From positions 1 through 31,812 of the forward strand of contig JAGGVJ010000028.1 in the NCBI GenBank assembly GCA_021158055.1: a stretch of DNA of 31,812 nucleotides, in the 5' to 3' direction. This stretch comes from Candidatus Iainarchaeum sp. GTDB taxonomy: Archaea > Iainarchaeota > Iainarchaeia > JAGGVJ01. Below are positions 15,858 through 24,857 of the stretch, in pieces (positions within the stretch are counted from its first letter, which is position 1; each line of letters starts with the position of its first letter). The translations under genes and the position numbers were made by a program. The notes beneath the pieces were generated by a model. It was not told the DNA's origin. It saw nothing but the letters and a program-made list of their open reading frames with translations, and searched no databases.

Positions 15858-18197
15858 ATGGCTTCTTTTGAAAACCTGAGAGACTTAAATGTTAAACTTC
15901 CCCCTGTTTTTCTAAAGAACCTTGAAAAACTCGGGATAAGCAAGTTAAACAGAATGCAGGAACTTGCGGTGTCAAAAGGGCTTCTTGATGAAAAAAGCAT
16001 GGTAGTCAGCGCGCCAACCGCTTCGGGAAAAACGCTTCTTGCATTGCTTCGCGCGTCTTTGGATCTTGAAAAAGGCAGGAAAGTGATTTTGACGGTCCCG
16101 TTGAAAGCGCTTGCACAAGAGCACTTTGAAGAGTTTTCAGCTGTTTTCAGCGGCTTGTTTAAAGTGGTTGTTTCAACGGGTGACCTGGACTCGCAAAGCG
16201 CTTACCTGCAGGATTACGATGTCATTGTAACCACTTATGAAAAAATGGATTCCATTCTTCGCCACAAGCCAAAGTGGCTGGAGTCTGTTGGTTTGCTGGT
16301 GGTTGACGAGGTTCACGAAATTGACAGCGACCGCGGTTCCACTCTTGAGATGGTAATTACCAAGATGCGTTTGTCAAATCCGAAAATCGGAATTCTTGCA
16401 TTGAGCGCCACCATACCCAACCCGGGTGAGATAGCAAGCTGGATCGGAGCGCCGTTTGTTGAAAGCGTCTGGAGGCCTGTAAAACTTGTTGAAGGCGTTT
16501 ATGTTGACGGGAAGATAAATTTTGTGGATGGTCAGAAGGCCGTGAAGGTGAAAAAAGACGATGTGCTTTCCATTGTTTCATACAGTATTTCTGACGGTGG
16601 CCAGTGCCTTGTGTTTGTTGACAGCAGGCGTTCTGCCGAGTCCATTGCAGTGAAGCTTTCAAAAGAACTTGATTTGGGTTCAGGTAAGCTTAATCAAGAT
16701 TCAAAAGACCCTGGATTTAATCTAAAAGAACTTGAGCTGTTGTCTGAAAAAGTCGCAGGCGTCTTAAGCCCGCCTACCGTGCAGTGCAAAAAACTTGCCC
16801 AGTGCGTTTCTGGGGGGGTTTCGTTTCACCACGCCGGTTTGGTTTCAGAGCAGAGAAAGCTTGTTGAGGGGTCGTTCAAAAAAAACGTCCTTAAAGTGAT
16901 AGTTGCCACCCCGACTCTTGCGGCGGGTGTGAATCTGCCTGCCCGTCGCGTTGTTCATGCGACGGTTTCCCGTTTCACTGATTTTGGGCATTCGTTTATT
17001 TCTGTCCGCGAGTACAGGCAGCGCGCCGGAAGGGCGGGAAGGCCGAGGTTTGATGATTTTGGGGAGTCTGTTCTGGTGGCAAAAAACGACCTTGATGCAA
17101 AGAAGCTTTTTGACAGGTTTATTTTCGGCAAGGTCGAACCGGTTTATTCAAGGCTTGGAAACGAGCCCGTGCTTAGGACCCACGTGCTTTCAATGGTTGC
17201 GGGAAGCCACGGCACTTCAAAAAAAGAGTTGTTTGGGTTTTTTTCAAAAACTTTTTACGCCAGTCAGTACGGTGACTTGAGTGAAATGAATTCTGTTTTG
17301 GACCACATAACCGGTGACCTTGAGGAATGGGGGTTTGTTTCCTGCAAAGGCGAAGACGTGAATGCAACCCCGTTGGGCTTGAGGGTATCAATGCTTTGCA
17401 TTGACCCGTTGTCTGCAAAAGATGTGCTTGATTCTCTTTTTGCGGCCCAGTCAAGGCTTGACCTTGACATTGCATATTTGTTCATGTTGTGCGATACAAA
17501 AGAGCTTTACCCCCTGCTTTCGGTTTCCAGAAAACAGGAGGAAGCGGTGTGGGAGAAAGCGTCTGAGTTTTCAGAGATGCTTTTCAGGGAAAATGTTTTT
17601 GAGTTTGACGTTGATGCTCTCAAGAAGTTTTTCACGGCAATGCTTTTGGAGTCCTGGATTCTTGGGGAAAGCGACGAGTTGATTTTGAAAAAATACAATG
17701 TTGCTCCCGGGATAGTTCACGCGAAAGTTTCAAACGCGCAGTGGATGGCTTACGCGGCGCGTGAGCTTGCAAGGTTGTCGAAGCTGAAAAAGATTGCACC
17801 AAGGTTAAGTGAAATTGAAACAAGACTCAGATTCGGAGTCAAAAAAGAACTCCTCCAGCTTGTGGCGTTGAAGGGGATCGGGAGAGTGCGCGCAAGGCAG
17901 TTGTTCAACGCGGGGTTTAAAACAAAAAAAGATATTTTGGCTGCGCCCGTTGAAGGTCTTTCAAGGATTGTCGGGCCTGCTGTTGCTGTCAAGCTCAAGA
18001 GAGAATTGGGTGTAACTTTTTCAGGCAGTGAGGTTTTGGAGCTGAAAAAAAAATTAGGGAAAAACTTTATTTCCCTTGAAGATTCCTTTGCCAAAAATCC
18101 ATCCAAAGATAAGAAAAACACTGATAAAGATAAGACAGTCAAAAAGAAAAACACACGGGAAAAGGGTTTTTCTCAAAAAAGTATGTTTGATTTTTAG
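15858..18197 (+). CDS. hel308: Ski2-like ATP-dependent DNA helicase Hel308/Hjm
   Basis: APTASGKT, VPLKALA, TYEK, DEVH, LSAT, FHHAGL, TPTLAAGVNLPA, QRAGRAGRP, HhH GIGRVRAR; C-terminal PIP-like QKSMFDF. Confidence 0.93.
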   Translation: MASFENLRDLNVKLPPVFLKNLEKLGISKLNRMQELAVSKGLLDEKSMVVSAPTASGKTLLALLRASLDLEKGRKVILTVPLKALAQEHFEEFSAVFSGLFKVVVSTGDLDSQSAYLQDYDVIVTTYEKMDSILRHKPKWLESVGLLVVDEVHEIDSDRGSTLEMVITKMRLSNPKIGILALSATIPNPGEIASWIGAPFVESVWRPVKLVEGVYVDGKINFVDGQKAVKVKKDDVLSIVSYSISDGGQCLVFVDSRRSAESIAVKLSKELDLGSGKLNQDSKDPGFNLKELELLSEKVAGVLSPPTVQCKKLAQCVSGGVSFHHAGLVSEQRKLVEGSFKKNVLKVIVATPTLAAGVNLPARRVVHATVSRFTDFGHSFISVREYRQRAGRAGRPRFDDFGESVLVAKNDLDAKKLFDRFIFGKVEPVYSRLGNEPVLRTHVLSMVAGSHGTSKKELFGFFSKTFYASQYGDLSEMNSVLDHITGDLEEWGFVSCKGEDVNATPLGLRVSMLCIDPLSAKDVLDSLFAAQSRLDLDIAYLFMLCDTKELYPLLSVSRKQEEAVWEKASEFSEMLFRENVFEFDVDALKKFFTAMLLESWILGESDELILKKYNVAPGIVHAKVSNAQWMAYAARELARLSKLKKIAPRLSEIETRLRFGVKKELLQLVALKGIGRVRARQLFNAGFKTKKDILAAPVEGLSRIVGPAVAVKLKRELGVTFSGSEVLELKKKLGKNFISLEDSFAKNPSKDKKNTDKDKTVKKKNTREKGFSQKSMFDF

Positions 18198-18243
18198 GGT
18201 TTGGTTTTAGAGTTTTTTTGGGTTGTGTCTTTGTAGTGTGTTG

Positions 18244-19443
18244 TTATAGGTCGTATTGTTTTTTCATGACGTTGAGTATTTTGTCTGCGGGGAACGCGAG
18301 TTTTATGAGTTGTGTTGTTCCGCGTTGTCCTGCTCCGCTCATGGTTGTTGTGATGAGGCCTGTCATTTCAAGGTCTTTGAGGTATTCGCGAAACCATCTT
18401 GCTGAGCGCGTTTCTTTTCCGAATTGTTTGCTTAGTTCTGTGTAGTGTTTGTATACTTCGCCTGATATCCAGGTGTCGATTGTTTCGCCGAGTAAGTTTT
18501 TGTTGTTTTCGCCGAGTTCTGCAAGTTTTGCTATTGTGAAGAGTACGAGTTGCTGGTATTCCGGCAGGGTGTCTATGAGACTTAGGACGATGTCTTCTTC
18601 GACGATTTTTCTTGCGGTGTTTATGTGCTCGTCTGTTACTTGGTTGTCGCCTGCGTTGTCTGCGAGTTCCCCTCCTTTCAAGAGCAGGTTGAGTGAGTAT
18701 CTTATGTCTCCGTTTTCGCTTGCTGCCAGGGCCGCCACAAGGTTTATGGCCGAGTCGCTGACGCTGTTTTCCTTGAACCCTATTTTTACTCTTTGGTTTA
18801 GTATTTCCTGTATTTGTTTTGCGTTGTATGGTGCGAAGACCATTTCTTTTTCGCAGAGCGTGCTTTTTGATCTTGGGTCAAGTTTTTCTTTGAACATTAC
18901 GTTGTTTGAGATGCCGATGAGCGAGACGTGCCCTTTTTCGAGTTCGTCGTTTGATCTTGTGAGGAGGTAGATGAGTTCGTTTATGTCTTTTACTTTGTCT
19001 ATTTCGTCAAGTATTATGATGAGTGTTTTTCCGTCACTGTCCACGTAGGAAAGCAGTTTTTCGTAGAGGTGGGATGATGCGTATCCTGTGAGGTCTTTGA
19101 ATCCTTTTTTGTTGAGGGAGTTTATCAGCACGCGGTATTGTGTGTTGTGGATGTGGCAGTTGGTGTAGACTGAGTCTATTTTTGAGTTGTATTTTTTTGC
19201 GTATTCAAGCAGTTTTTCAACTACTTGTCGTGATATGGCGGTTTTTCCAAGCCCGGTTTTCCCGTATATGAACAGGTTTCCTGGTTTTTTTCCTGAGAGT
19301 GCGGGTGCGAGTATTTGTATTATGCTTTTTAGTTCTTTTTCCCTGTATGGCAGTTCGTTTGGAATGTAGTGGGGTGATATTTTGTTTGAGTCAAGGAACA
19401 CGCTTTGTTTTTGTATTTCTTGTTCAAACAGTTTGTCCATCAT
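18244..19443 (-). CDS. cdc6: Orc1/Cdc6 replication initiator
   Basis: LPYRE, Walker A GKTGLGKT, Walker B ILDEID, LDPR.KS, FAPYNA.Q, GD.R, C-terminal winged helix. Confidence 0.95.
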   Translation of the reverse strand: MMDKLFEQEIQKQSVFLDSNKISPHYIPNELPYREKELKSIIQILAPALSGKKPGNLFIYGKTGLGKTAISRQVVEKLLEYAKKYNSKIDSVYTNCHIHNTQYRVLINSLNKKGFKDLTGYASSHLYEKLLSYVDSDGKTLIIILDEIDKVKDINELIYLLTRSNDELEKGHVSLIGISNNVMFKEKLDPRSKSTLCEKEMVFAPYNAKQIQEILNQRVKIGFKENSVSDSAINLVAALAASENGDIRYSLNLLLKGGELADNAGDNQVTDEHINTARKIVEEDIVLSLIDTLPEYQQLVLFTIAKLAELGENNKNLLGETIDTWISGEVYKHYTELSKQFGKETRSARWFREYLKDLEMTGLITTTMSGAGQRGTTQLIKLAFPADKILNVMKKQYDL

Positions 19444-19907
19444 TTGTTTTGCCCCCTTGATTTGTTTGTGTTTTTGCTATTTGTCTGTTGTGAGATATAA
19501 TGTTACATGTGTTGTGTATGTTGTGAAGTGCGGTGTTGTGTGTTATGTTGTTTGGTGTTGTGTGTTATGTTGTTTGGTGTTGTGTGTTATGTTGTTTGGT
19601 GTTGGTGTATATATTTGTGAAGCAGCATATAATATTAAGTATCTTTAATACAATATATTTTTTTGGTAATTGTCGGAAAGAGTTTGTGTGTTGGAGAGTT
19701 GGTTTTTGAAGAATGTAAAAAAAATTCAAATGTGATTTAAACCTTGACAATAGTATATTATAATAGTTTTGATAATAAAATATCAAGCGTTTTGTAACAG
19801 GGTATAAGTTTGGGTGTGTACAAATGCGTGGATTTTGAGCGTGCAAACCCGTAAGATTAATTTGCATGTAATGCATAGTTTATTGGTTTAGTTTGGATGG
19901 TGAAAAA
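19444..19907. other. Candidate replication origin / divergent promoter region
   Basis: ~460-bp non-coding region next to cdc6 with direct repeats and an AT-rich core (19620-19790); no canonical ORB seen. Confidence 0.4.
19532..19604. repeat. 3.3 perfect 22-bp tandem repeats (GGTGTTGTGTGTTATGTTGTTT)
   Basis: Copies at 19532, 19554, 19576 and a partial copy at 19598, upstream of cdc6. Confidence 0.95.
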
Positions 19908-20273
19908 ATGGGTTTAGTTAAAAAACTTTCTAAAGGGCTTGGATTGGAGAAGGAAGAAGTTGATGTTGAGGATTTCCTGGATTCTCTTAATGTTGGGGAT
20001 CAGGACATTTTTTATGAGGAAGCGGATTTTTATGTTAAACCGATGACTCTTGAAAATGCCAACGATGTCAAGGCTGTTCTTGATGAGATAACCAAGGGAA
20101 ATATTGTTTTGCTTAATTTTGGACCGTTGATGCTTCGAAACAAGGTCCGTTTGAAACAATCAGTCAGTGAGATAAAAACCAAGGTCTTGGAGTTGAATGG
20201 GGACGTTGCAAGAATAACTGAAGAAAAGCTTATTGTGACTCCTGCAAAAGTCAAGATTGTCAAGAGAAGATAG
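19908..20273 (+). CDS. sepF: Cell division protein SepF (archaeal, DUF552-like)
   Basis: N-terminal amphipathic MGLVKKLSK, YVKP..L, GNIVLLN, GDVARI, IVTPAKVKI; SD GGTGA. Confidence 0.85.
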   Translation: MGLVKKLSKGLGLEKEEVDVEDFLDSLNVGDQDIFYEEADFYVKPMTLENANDVKAVLDEITKGNIVLLNFGPLMLRNKVRLKQSVSEIKTKVLELNGDVARITEEKLIVTPAKVKIVKRR

Positions 20274-20275
20274 AA

Positions 20276-21085
20276 ATGTTGCTGGATAAGCCAGCGGTTA
20301 AGTCAGTGATTGGTCTTGACCAGATAATTTCCAAGGCAGAGTCTGAACTGGTTTCCGCTGGCAGGCGCGAGTTTGAACTGGTGGATGCGCGGCTTATTTA
20401 TAATCCGTTTTGGTCTTTTTCTTTTGACGCGTTGGTTGAAGAGCATAATGAAGAGGGAGTGGTTTCCTTAACAACCGGTGTTTCCAAAAAAGCAGTGCTT
20501 GATGCGCACACCGGCAAGTTGAATGTTGCGATTCTGGATGTTGTTCTGAATTTTTCGATTCCGAATCAAAACGAGCCGACTGACCAGTTTCCTTTTGATG
20601 TTATTCCCTTGACTGTCACTCTTGATGAGGCGAAAAAAGGCGCGGTTATCAAGGCTGCTGCGATGACCGGTGCTTCAAAGGAAAATGTTGCGGTGTCGGG
20701 TTTTCGCGCTTTTTACTGGCCTGTCTGGCAGGTTGTTGTGAAAAGCGATGGCGAGGACATGAATCTTGTGTTTGATGCAGCAACCGGGGTTTTGATTAGC
20801 GAGCATTCTTTTTCAGGAACGTCTTCTGATTGGGGTCAGGCGATCAGCAGTACAGCGAGCGATTTGAAAAACCCGCTGAATTGGGTTAAATATCTGGTTA
20901 CAGGGCTTGGTTTGGTTTTTGCTTCAGTGGTTTGGTTTTTTAAAAAGTTAAGCGGCAGGGAAACAGGTTCTGATGTGCTGGTTTGGCTTTTCACGACACT
21001 TCGCGGTTTTATAACTTTTTTTATTTTTGTTTTGCTTTTGCTTTTTGCCGCGGACAAGTTCGGGTTCATAAAGTTTTTCTCCTGA
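20276..21085 (+). CDS. Hypothetical protein, duplicated Y.P.W...DA.TG domain + C-terminal TMs
   Basis: YNPFW...LDAHTG and YWPVW...FDAATG; two C-terminal hydrophobic helices; starts 2 nt after sepF. Confidence 0.7.
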   Translation: MLLDKPAVKSVIGLDQIISKAESELVSAGRREFELVDARLIYNPFWSFSFDALVEEHNEEGVVSLTTGVSKKAVLDAHTGKLNVAILDVVLNFSIPNQNEPTDQFPFDVIPLTVTLDEAKKGAVIKAAAMTGASKENVAVSGFRAFYWPVWQVVVKSDGEDMNLVFDAATGVLISEHSFSGTSSDWGQAISSTASDLKNPLNWVKYLVTGLGLVFASVVWFFKKLSGRETGSDVLVWLFTTLRGFITFFIFVLLLLFAADKFGFIKFFS

Positions 21086-21101
21086 AGACGGTTTATGCCT
21101 G

Positions 21102-21158
21102 CATGAAGCTTGAAAAGCTATATGGATCTTGAAAAGTTACATGAAGCTTGAAAGGTTT
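21102..21158. repeat. Three degenerate 19-bp tandem repeats over the polC 3' end
   Basis: CATGAAGCTTGAAAAGCTA / TATGGATCTTGAAAAGTTA / CATGAAGCTTGAAAGGTTT. Confidence 0.85.
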
Positions 21159-24100
21159 GTTTGCTTTACCTGGTCGTTTTCGAAGACGGATTGTATTTCT
21201 CTTTCAATGAGCATCACGCGTTGTTTTAAGTAGTTTGACAGGTGGTATTTTTCTGTTATTTCTTTTGTTATCTGCAGGTATTTTTTTACGCTTCCTTCGT
21301 GGATTGTAAGGACCAGTTTGTCTTTTTTGCATTTTGTGCATTTTCCGTTCAACGGCATGCGGCGGAATTTTGCGTTGCAGGCAGTGCAGCGTATCTGTTG
21401 TTTTGAGTGGGAGCGGAGGTTTCCGATCATGTCGGGCATGAAGTGCCCGTTAATGACCCGTTCTGTTGCGTCTTTTGAGTCCACTGCCTTTATTTTTCCC
21501 TGCAGTTCTATTTGTGTCTGTATTTTTTCTACCATGGATTCCAGGGTTATGTAAGAGCTTGTGCTTGGACCGTTGTCAAACTGCGCAGTGTCGTGTGAGA
21601 ACCCGAGCCCGTCGTATTGTTTTTCTGTCCCGAGCCGGTTTTCAACGATTGGGATTTTGTAAGCGTAAGGTGATTCGACTTTCCATGAACCTTCGTAGAT
21701 TTCTAGGGGATAGCTGTCAACGCATTCTATTTCGTGTGCTTCGTCGTCTATTTCTCTCGGGTCAAGCGTGACTGAAAGCACAAGCGGGGTGTCCATTTTT
21801 CCCCCTTTTGATGTCGGCAGGAAGTCGTGTGAAAAGTTCAGGAGGGAGTCCATCAGGAGCATGATTGAGTCCTGGTCGCCGTCGGTGTTTCTTCGTTTTG
21901 CAAGGTGGAAGAAGGGGTGTGCAAAGCATGCTCTGGCGGTTGTGAAGCCGATGATCCTGCTTATTACTCCTGCTGAAGTGTGGGGTGCAAGGCCTATGGT
22001 GAGTTCGCCGATTAGCTGTTCTTTTGCGGTGCAGCTGTAAAAGGGTTCAAGGCCGTAGAATTTTGTGAGCAGGTCGTCTATGAAGTTTGTTACTTTGACC
22101 ATGAAGTCCCCTGCAATTTTCGCGATGATTATGTCCTGCGGGAAGAGCTCAAGCATTTGTTCCGGGTCTTTCAGCGGTTTTCCAAATTTGTCTTTTGTGT
22201 AGCCGAGTTCTTTTGCCTTTTCAACAGAGAGGTTAATTTCACAGGGCTTGAAGTGAGAGATAGGCATGTTTATCATTTCAAACCGGATTGTTGAATCTTT
22301 GTATATATGCAGGTTGTATTTTGCCCTGAGCACTCCTTTTGCAAGCGGTTCCGGTGATTTTAGGTCGTTTATCATTCCTCTGACTCCTTTGAGGAGCTTT
22401 GGCATGGGTTCGTGTGTTTTTTTAACTGCGTCTTTGAGTTCTTTTGTTATGTTTAAGGGAGTGTCTTTGAAACATCGCAGTTTTGACCCGCAGTTCCTGC
22501 ACATTTTTGCCGTGGAGTCAAGTGTTTCAAGACCGCATTTCACACATTTGAAAAGCCTTTGTGTTTTTTCGTTGCATTTTGGGCACCGTATGTGGTGGGT
22601 GTTGAAGTTGCATTTAATGCATTTTCTTGTGGTCAGTTCGACGTTGATTATTTGCGCGTATTCGTCTTTTGCGCGCGCTGCCTTGCTTATGTCTCGTGTG
22701 GGTCCGCCGTAGGTGCCTATGGGAAAGAGGATGTGTGGTGCCGGACTTAAAAGCCGCTCTGAAGCTGCTTCGGGGCGCCCCATTCTTGCGCCGAGAAAAG
22801 TTCCGCCTTTGTTTTTGATTTTTATCCCTGAAAAGTGAGTTATTGCCTTAAGCGGGTCTTTTATGTTTTTGGGAATGCTTGTGTTTTTTTCGTTTCCGTT
22901 CAGCCCGAGCATTTCAAGTAGGGGAAGTGCGAGAGTGGTTATTTTTGCAGTTTTCCCATCGTTTTCGACTTCGTGTTCAAGGCATATTTTTTCAAAGATT
23001 TCTGCAAGTTCGCTGTCAAGGTTCAGCTTGATTCCTGCAAGTTTTTTGTTTTCACCGGTTATTTTTTGCGCTTTTGAAAGCTTTTCCCGAAGTGCAGTGA
23101 GTTCTTCAATGCTTAGCTGTTCAAGGAAAGGGGTGTATCGGGGGTGCATGGCAACAGATAGTGTTTTTGAGATTTCAACTGCTTGTTCCGGGGTTGTGTT
23201 TGCGCAGTCAGGCAAGGGGTTTTTTGCAAAGCCGGGTGATTCACCTGCATTTTTGTTTTTCTTGTTTTCAAGAGATGCTTTTTCAACTTCCATCGCCCAC
23301 CATTCTTCGCAGTATCCAAGCGGCACAAGCGGGTGCCCGCTTTTCCTGAAGTCCCCGTATGAGCAGAGAAAGTCGCCGAGAAATATTATCTTGTCTATGT
23401 CGGAGCGCAGTTTTTCTCCTGTTTGCCTTGTTTCAATTCGTTTTATAGAGCCGTTTTTCAGTTTTACGATCGGCGGTTCTATGGTGTCGCAGGGTGCGAT
23501 TCCCGCGCTTTTTCCGATTCTTTCTATTTTGAACTGGGTGCCTACTGCCGGAAAATTCCAGAGCACGGCCATGGCTGCGGGGTGGATTGCTTTTCCCATT
23601 ATCCCTGTGTTTCGCCCTCTTCCAAGCCTTACGCGAAAGCCCCCGAAGCGCATGGGGTAGGAAAAGATCGGTCTTCCTGCAACAAGCGAGCCAAGGTATT
23701 TGTCTATTTCAGCGAGTTCTTTTTGCCCCCCTTTATCTGTTTTTTCCAGTTTGATTATTTTTTTGAGCCAGCTCCAGTCAAGGTCCAGCTTTTCTCCGAA
23801 TTTGATTATTTTTGGCGCTTTTTGCGCAACACCTTCCCCGATTACAAGGCACATTCCGCCGCGTATCCTGTTTGTTTCCACTCGTTTAAGCCCGCGGTTT
23901 ATGCTTACTTCGACTTCGGAAGTGGGTTCTCCGTCCACGCACACAGGGCAGTTTTTGACGATGGTTGAAATTTCCTCGTCTTTGGGGTTGTATTGTAACC
24001 TTGAGACTCTTTCGTGGTAGAGTTTGATTTCTTCGATGTATCTTTTCACTTCGTTTTCGTCTGGCTTGTACCTGTCAAGCCCAAGGAGTTTTTTTCCGTA

Positions 24101-24616
24101 GTCTCCAAGCACAAGCGGAAGCACTGCTGCTGTTCCCCCGGCTGCCCTGATTGGTCCTGCAAAGTAGATTGTAACGTATTTTGTTCCGTCAGGGTTTTTG
24201 AGAATCTGCACTTTTGCAATTCCTTCTATCGGTGCGGTTACGCTTCCCTCGGTCTGGATCGTGAGTGCGCACCGGATTGCTTTTTCAAGGCGTTTTTCGT
24301 CGGTTTTTTCATCACCGAGTTTTCCTTCAACTATTTCTTTGAAGATTGTGAACATGACGCTTGTTCTGTCTTCTGTTTCAGCGTAGAGTTCGCGGTATCG
24401 TTTTGCGACTCCTTTTGGCCCTATGAGGATTTCTGTTCGTTCTGCAAGGTCTGTTGCAAGTGGTATTTCAACTTCGTCAATCGAGTCAAGGCCTTTTGAC
24501 CGCGCTGCTTCTGCCACTTCGTAGCCTTGTTTTGTTTTTTGCATTAGTGTCCCAAAGTAGTTTTTTATTTCTTTGGAGCCGATGATTCTGTCGGTTGAGA
24601 AGTTGTAGTCGACCAT
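21137..24616 (-). CDS. polC: DNA polymerase D large subunit DP2 (no intein)
   Basis: APIEGI, YFAGPIRAAGGTA, GARMGRPE, GLAPHTSAG, KRRNTDGDQD, Zn fingers, PIP-like QTNLSSFM; true start probably the ATG at 24616 (~1159 aa). Confidence 0.95.
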   Translation of the reverse strand: MVDYNFSTDRIIGSKEIKNYFGTLMQKTKQGYEVAEAARSKGLDSIDEVEIPLATDLAERTEILIGPKGVAKRYRELYAETEDRTSVMFTIFKEIVEGKLGDEKTDEKRLEKAIRCALTIQTEGSVTAPIEGIAKVQILKNPDGTKYVTIYFAGPIRAAGGTAAVLPLVLGDYGKKLLGLDRYKPDENEVKRYIEEIKLYHERVSRLQYNPKDEEISTIVKNCPVCVDGEPTSEVEVSINRGLKRVETNRIRGGMCLVIGEGVAQKAPKIIKFGEKLDLDWSWLKKIIKLEKTDKGGQKELAEIDKYLGSLVAGRPIFSYPMRFGGFRVRLGRGRNTGIMGKAIHPAAMAVLWNFPAVGTQFKIERIGKSAGIAPCDTIEPPIVKLKNGSIKRIETRQTGEKLRSDIDKIIFLGDFLCSYGDFRKSGHPLVPLGYCEEWWAMEVEKASLENKKNKNAGESPGFAKNPLPDCANTTPEQAVEISKTLSVAMHPRYTPFLEQLSIEELTALREKLSKAQKITGENKKLAGIKLNLDSELAEIFEKICLEHEVENDGKTAKITTLALPLLEMLGLNGNEKNTSIPKNIKDPLKAITHFSGIKIKNKGGTFLGARMGRPEAASERLLSPAPHILFPIGTYGGPTRDISKAARAKDEYAQIINVELTTRKCIKCNFNTHHIRCPKCNEKTQRLFKCVKCGLETLDSTAKMCRNCGSKLRCFKDTPLNITKELKDAVKKTHEPMPKLLKGVRGMINDLKSPEPLAKGVLRAKYNLHIYKDSTIRFEMINMPISHFKPCEINLSVEKAKELGYTKDKFGKPLKDPEQMLELFPQDIIIAKIAGDFMVKVTNFIDDLLTKFYGLEPFYSCTAKEQLIGELTIGLAPHTSAGVISRIIGFTTARACFAHPFFHLAKRRNTDGDQDSIMLLMDSLLNFSHDFLPTSKGGKMDTPLVLSVTLDPREIDDEAHEIECVDSYPLEIYEGSWKVESPYAYKIPIVENRLGTEKQYDGLGFSHDTAQFDNGPSTSSYITLESMVEKIQTQIELQGKIKAVDSKDATERVINGHFMPDMIGNLRSHSKQQIRCTACNAKFRRMPLNGKCTKCKKDKLVLTIHEGSVKKYLQITKEITEKYHLSNYLKQRVMLIEREIQSVFENDQVKQTNLSSFM

Positions 24617-24727
24617 GCAGTAAATATGGTTTTTGACAATAATATGTTTATTGAATTTTAGTGGGGGGATTTGTGGGTTGCTTGCATTGAAGAGGGATTT
24701 GATTGCATAGAAAAGTTTTTGAATCAA

Positions 24728-24805
24728 TAAGCAGTTGTTTAAATAGTGATACTTAAACAGTTGTTTAAACAGCAATAGATTAATAGTTGTTTAAACCGCA
24801 ACAAC
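24728..24805. repeat. Three 26-bp-period repeats, core AGTTGTTTAAA
   Basis: Core at 24733, 24759 and 24785; TTAAACA-GT-TGTTTAA inverted repeat at 24753-24768. Confidence 0.8.
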
Positions 24806-24857
24806 GTTAACCGTTTTTGGCAGTTGTGTTTTTGTTTTCCGCAGAGAGGTTTTTGTT

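Noticed and set aside
19532-19604. CRISPR array, or the coding ORFs 19382..19648 and 19565..19876
   Set aside because: No spacers; the ORFs are low-complexity translations of the repeat and AT-rich spacer
21137-24616. Intein in DP2 (also checked cdc6 and hel308)
   Set aside because: Lengths are normal and conserved motifs are contiguous; no splicing or LAGLIDADG motifs
24617-24775. 53-aa N-terminal extension of DP2 in the ORF track
   Set aside because: Translation of the AT-rich repeat-containing spacer; the ATG at 24616 is more plausible
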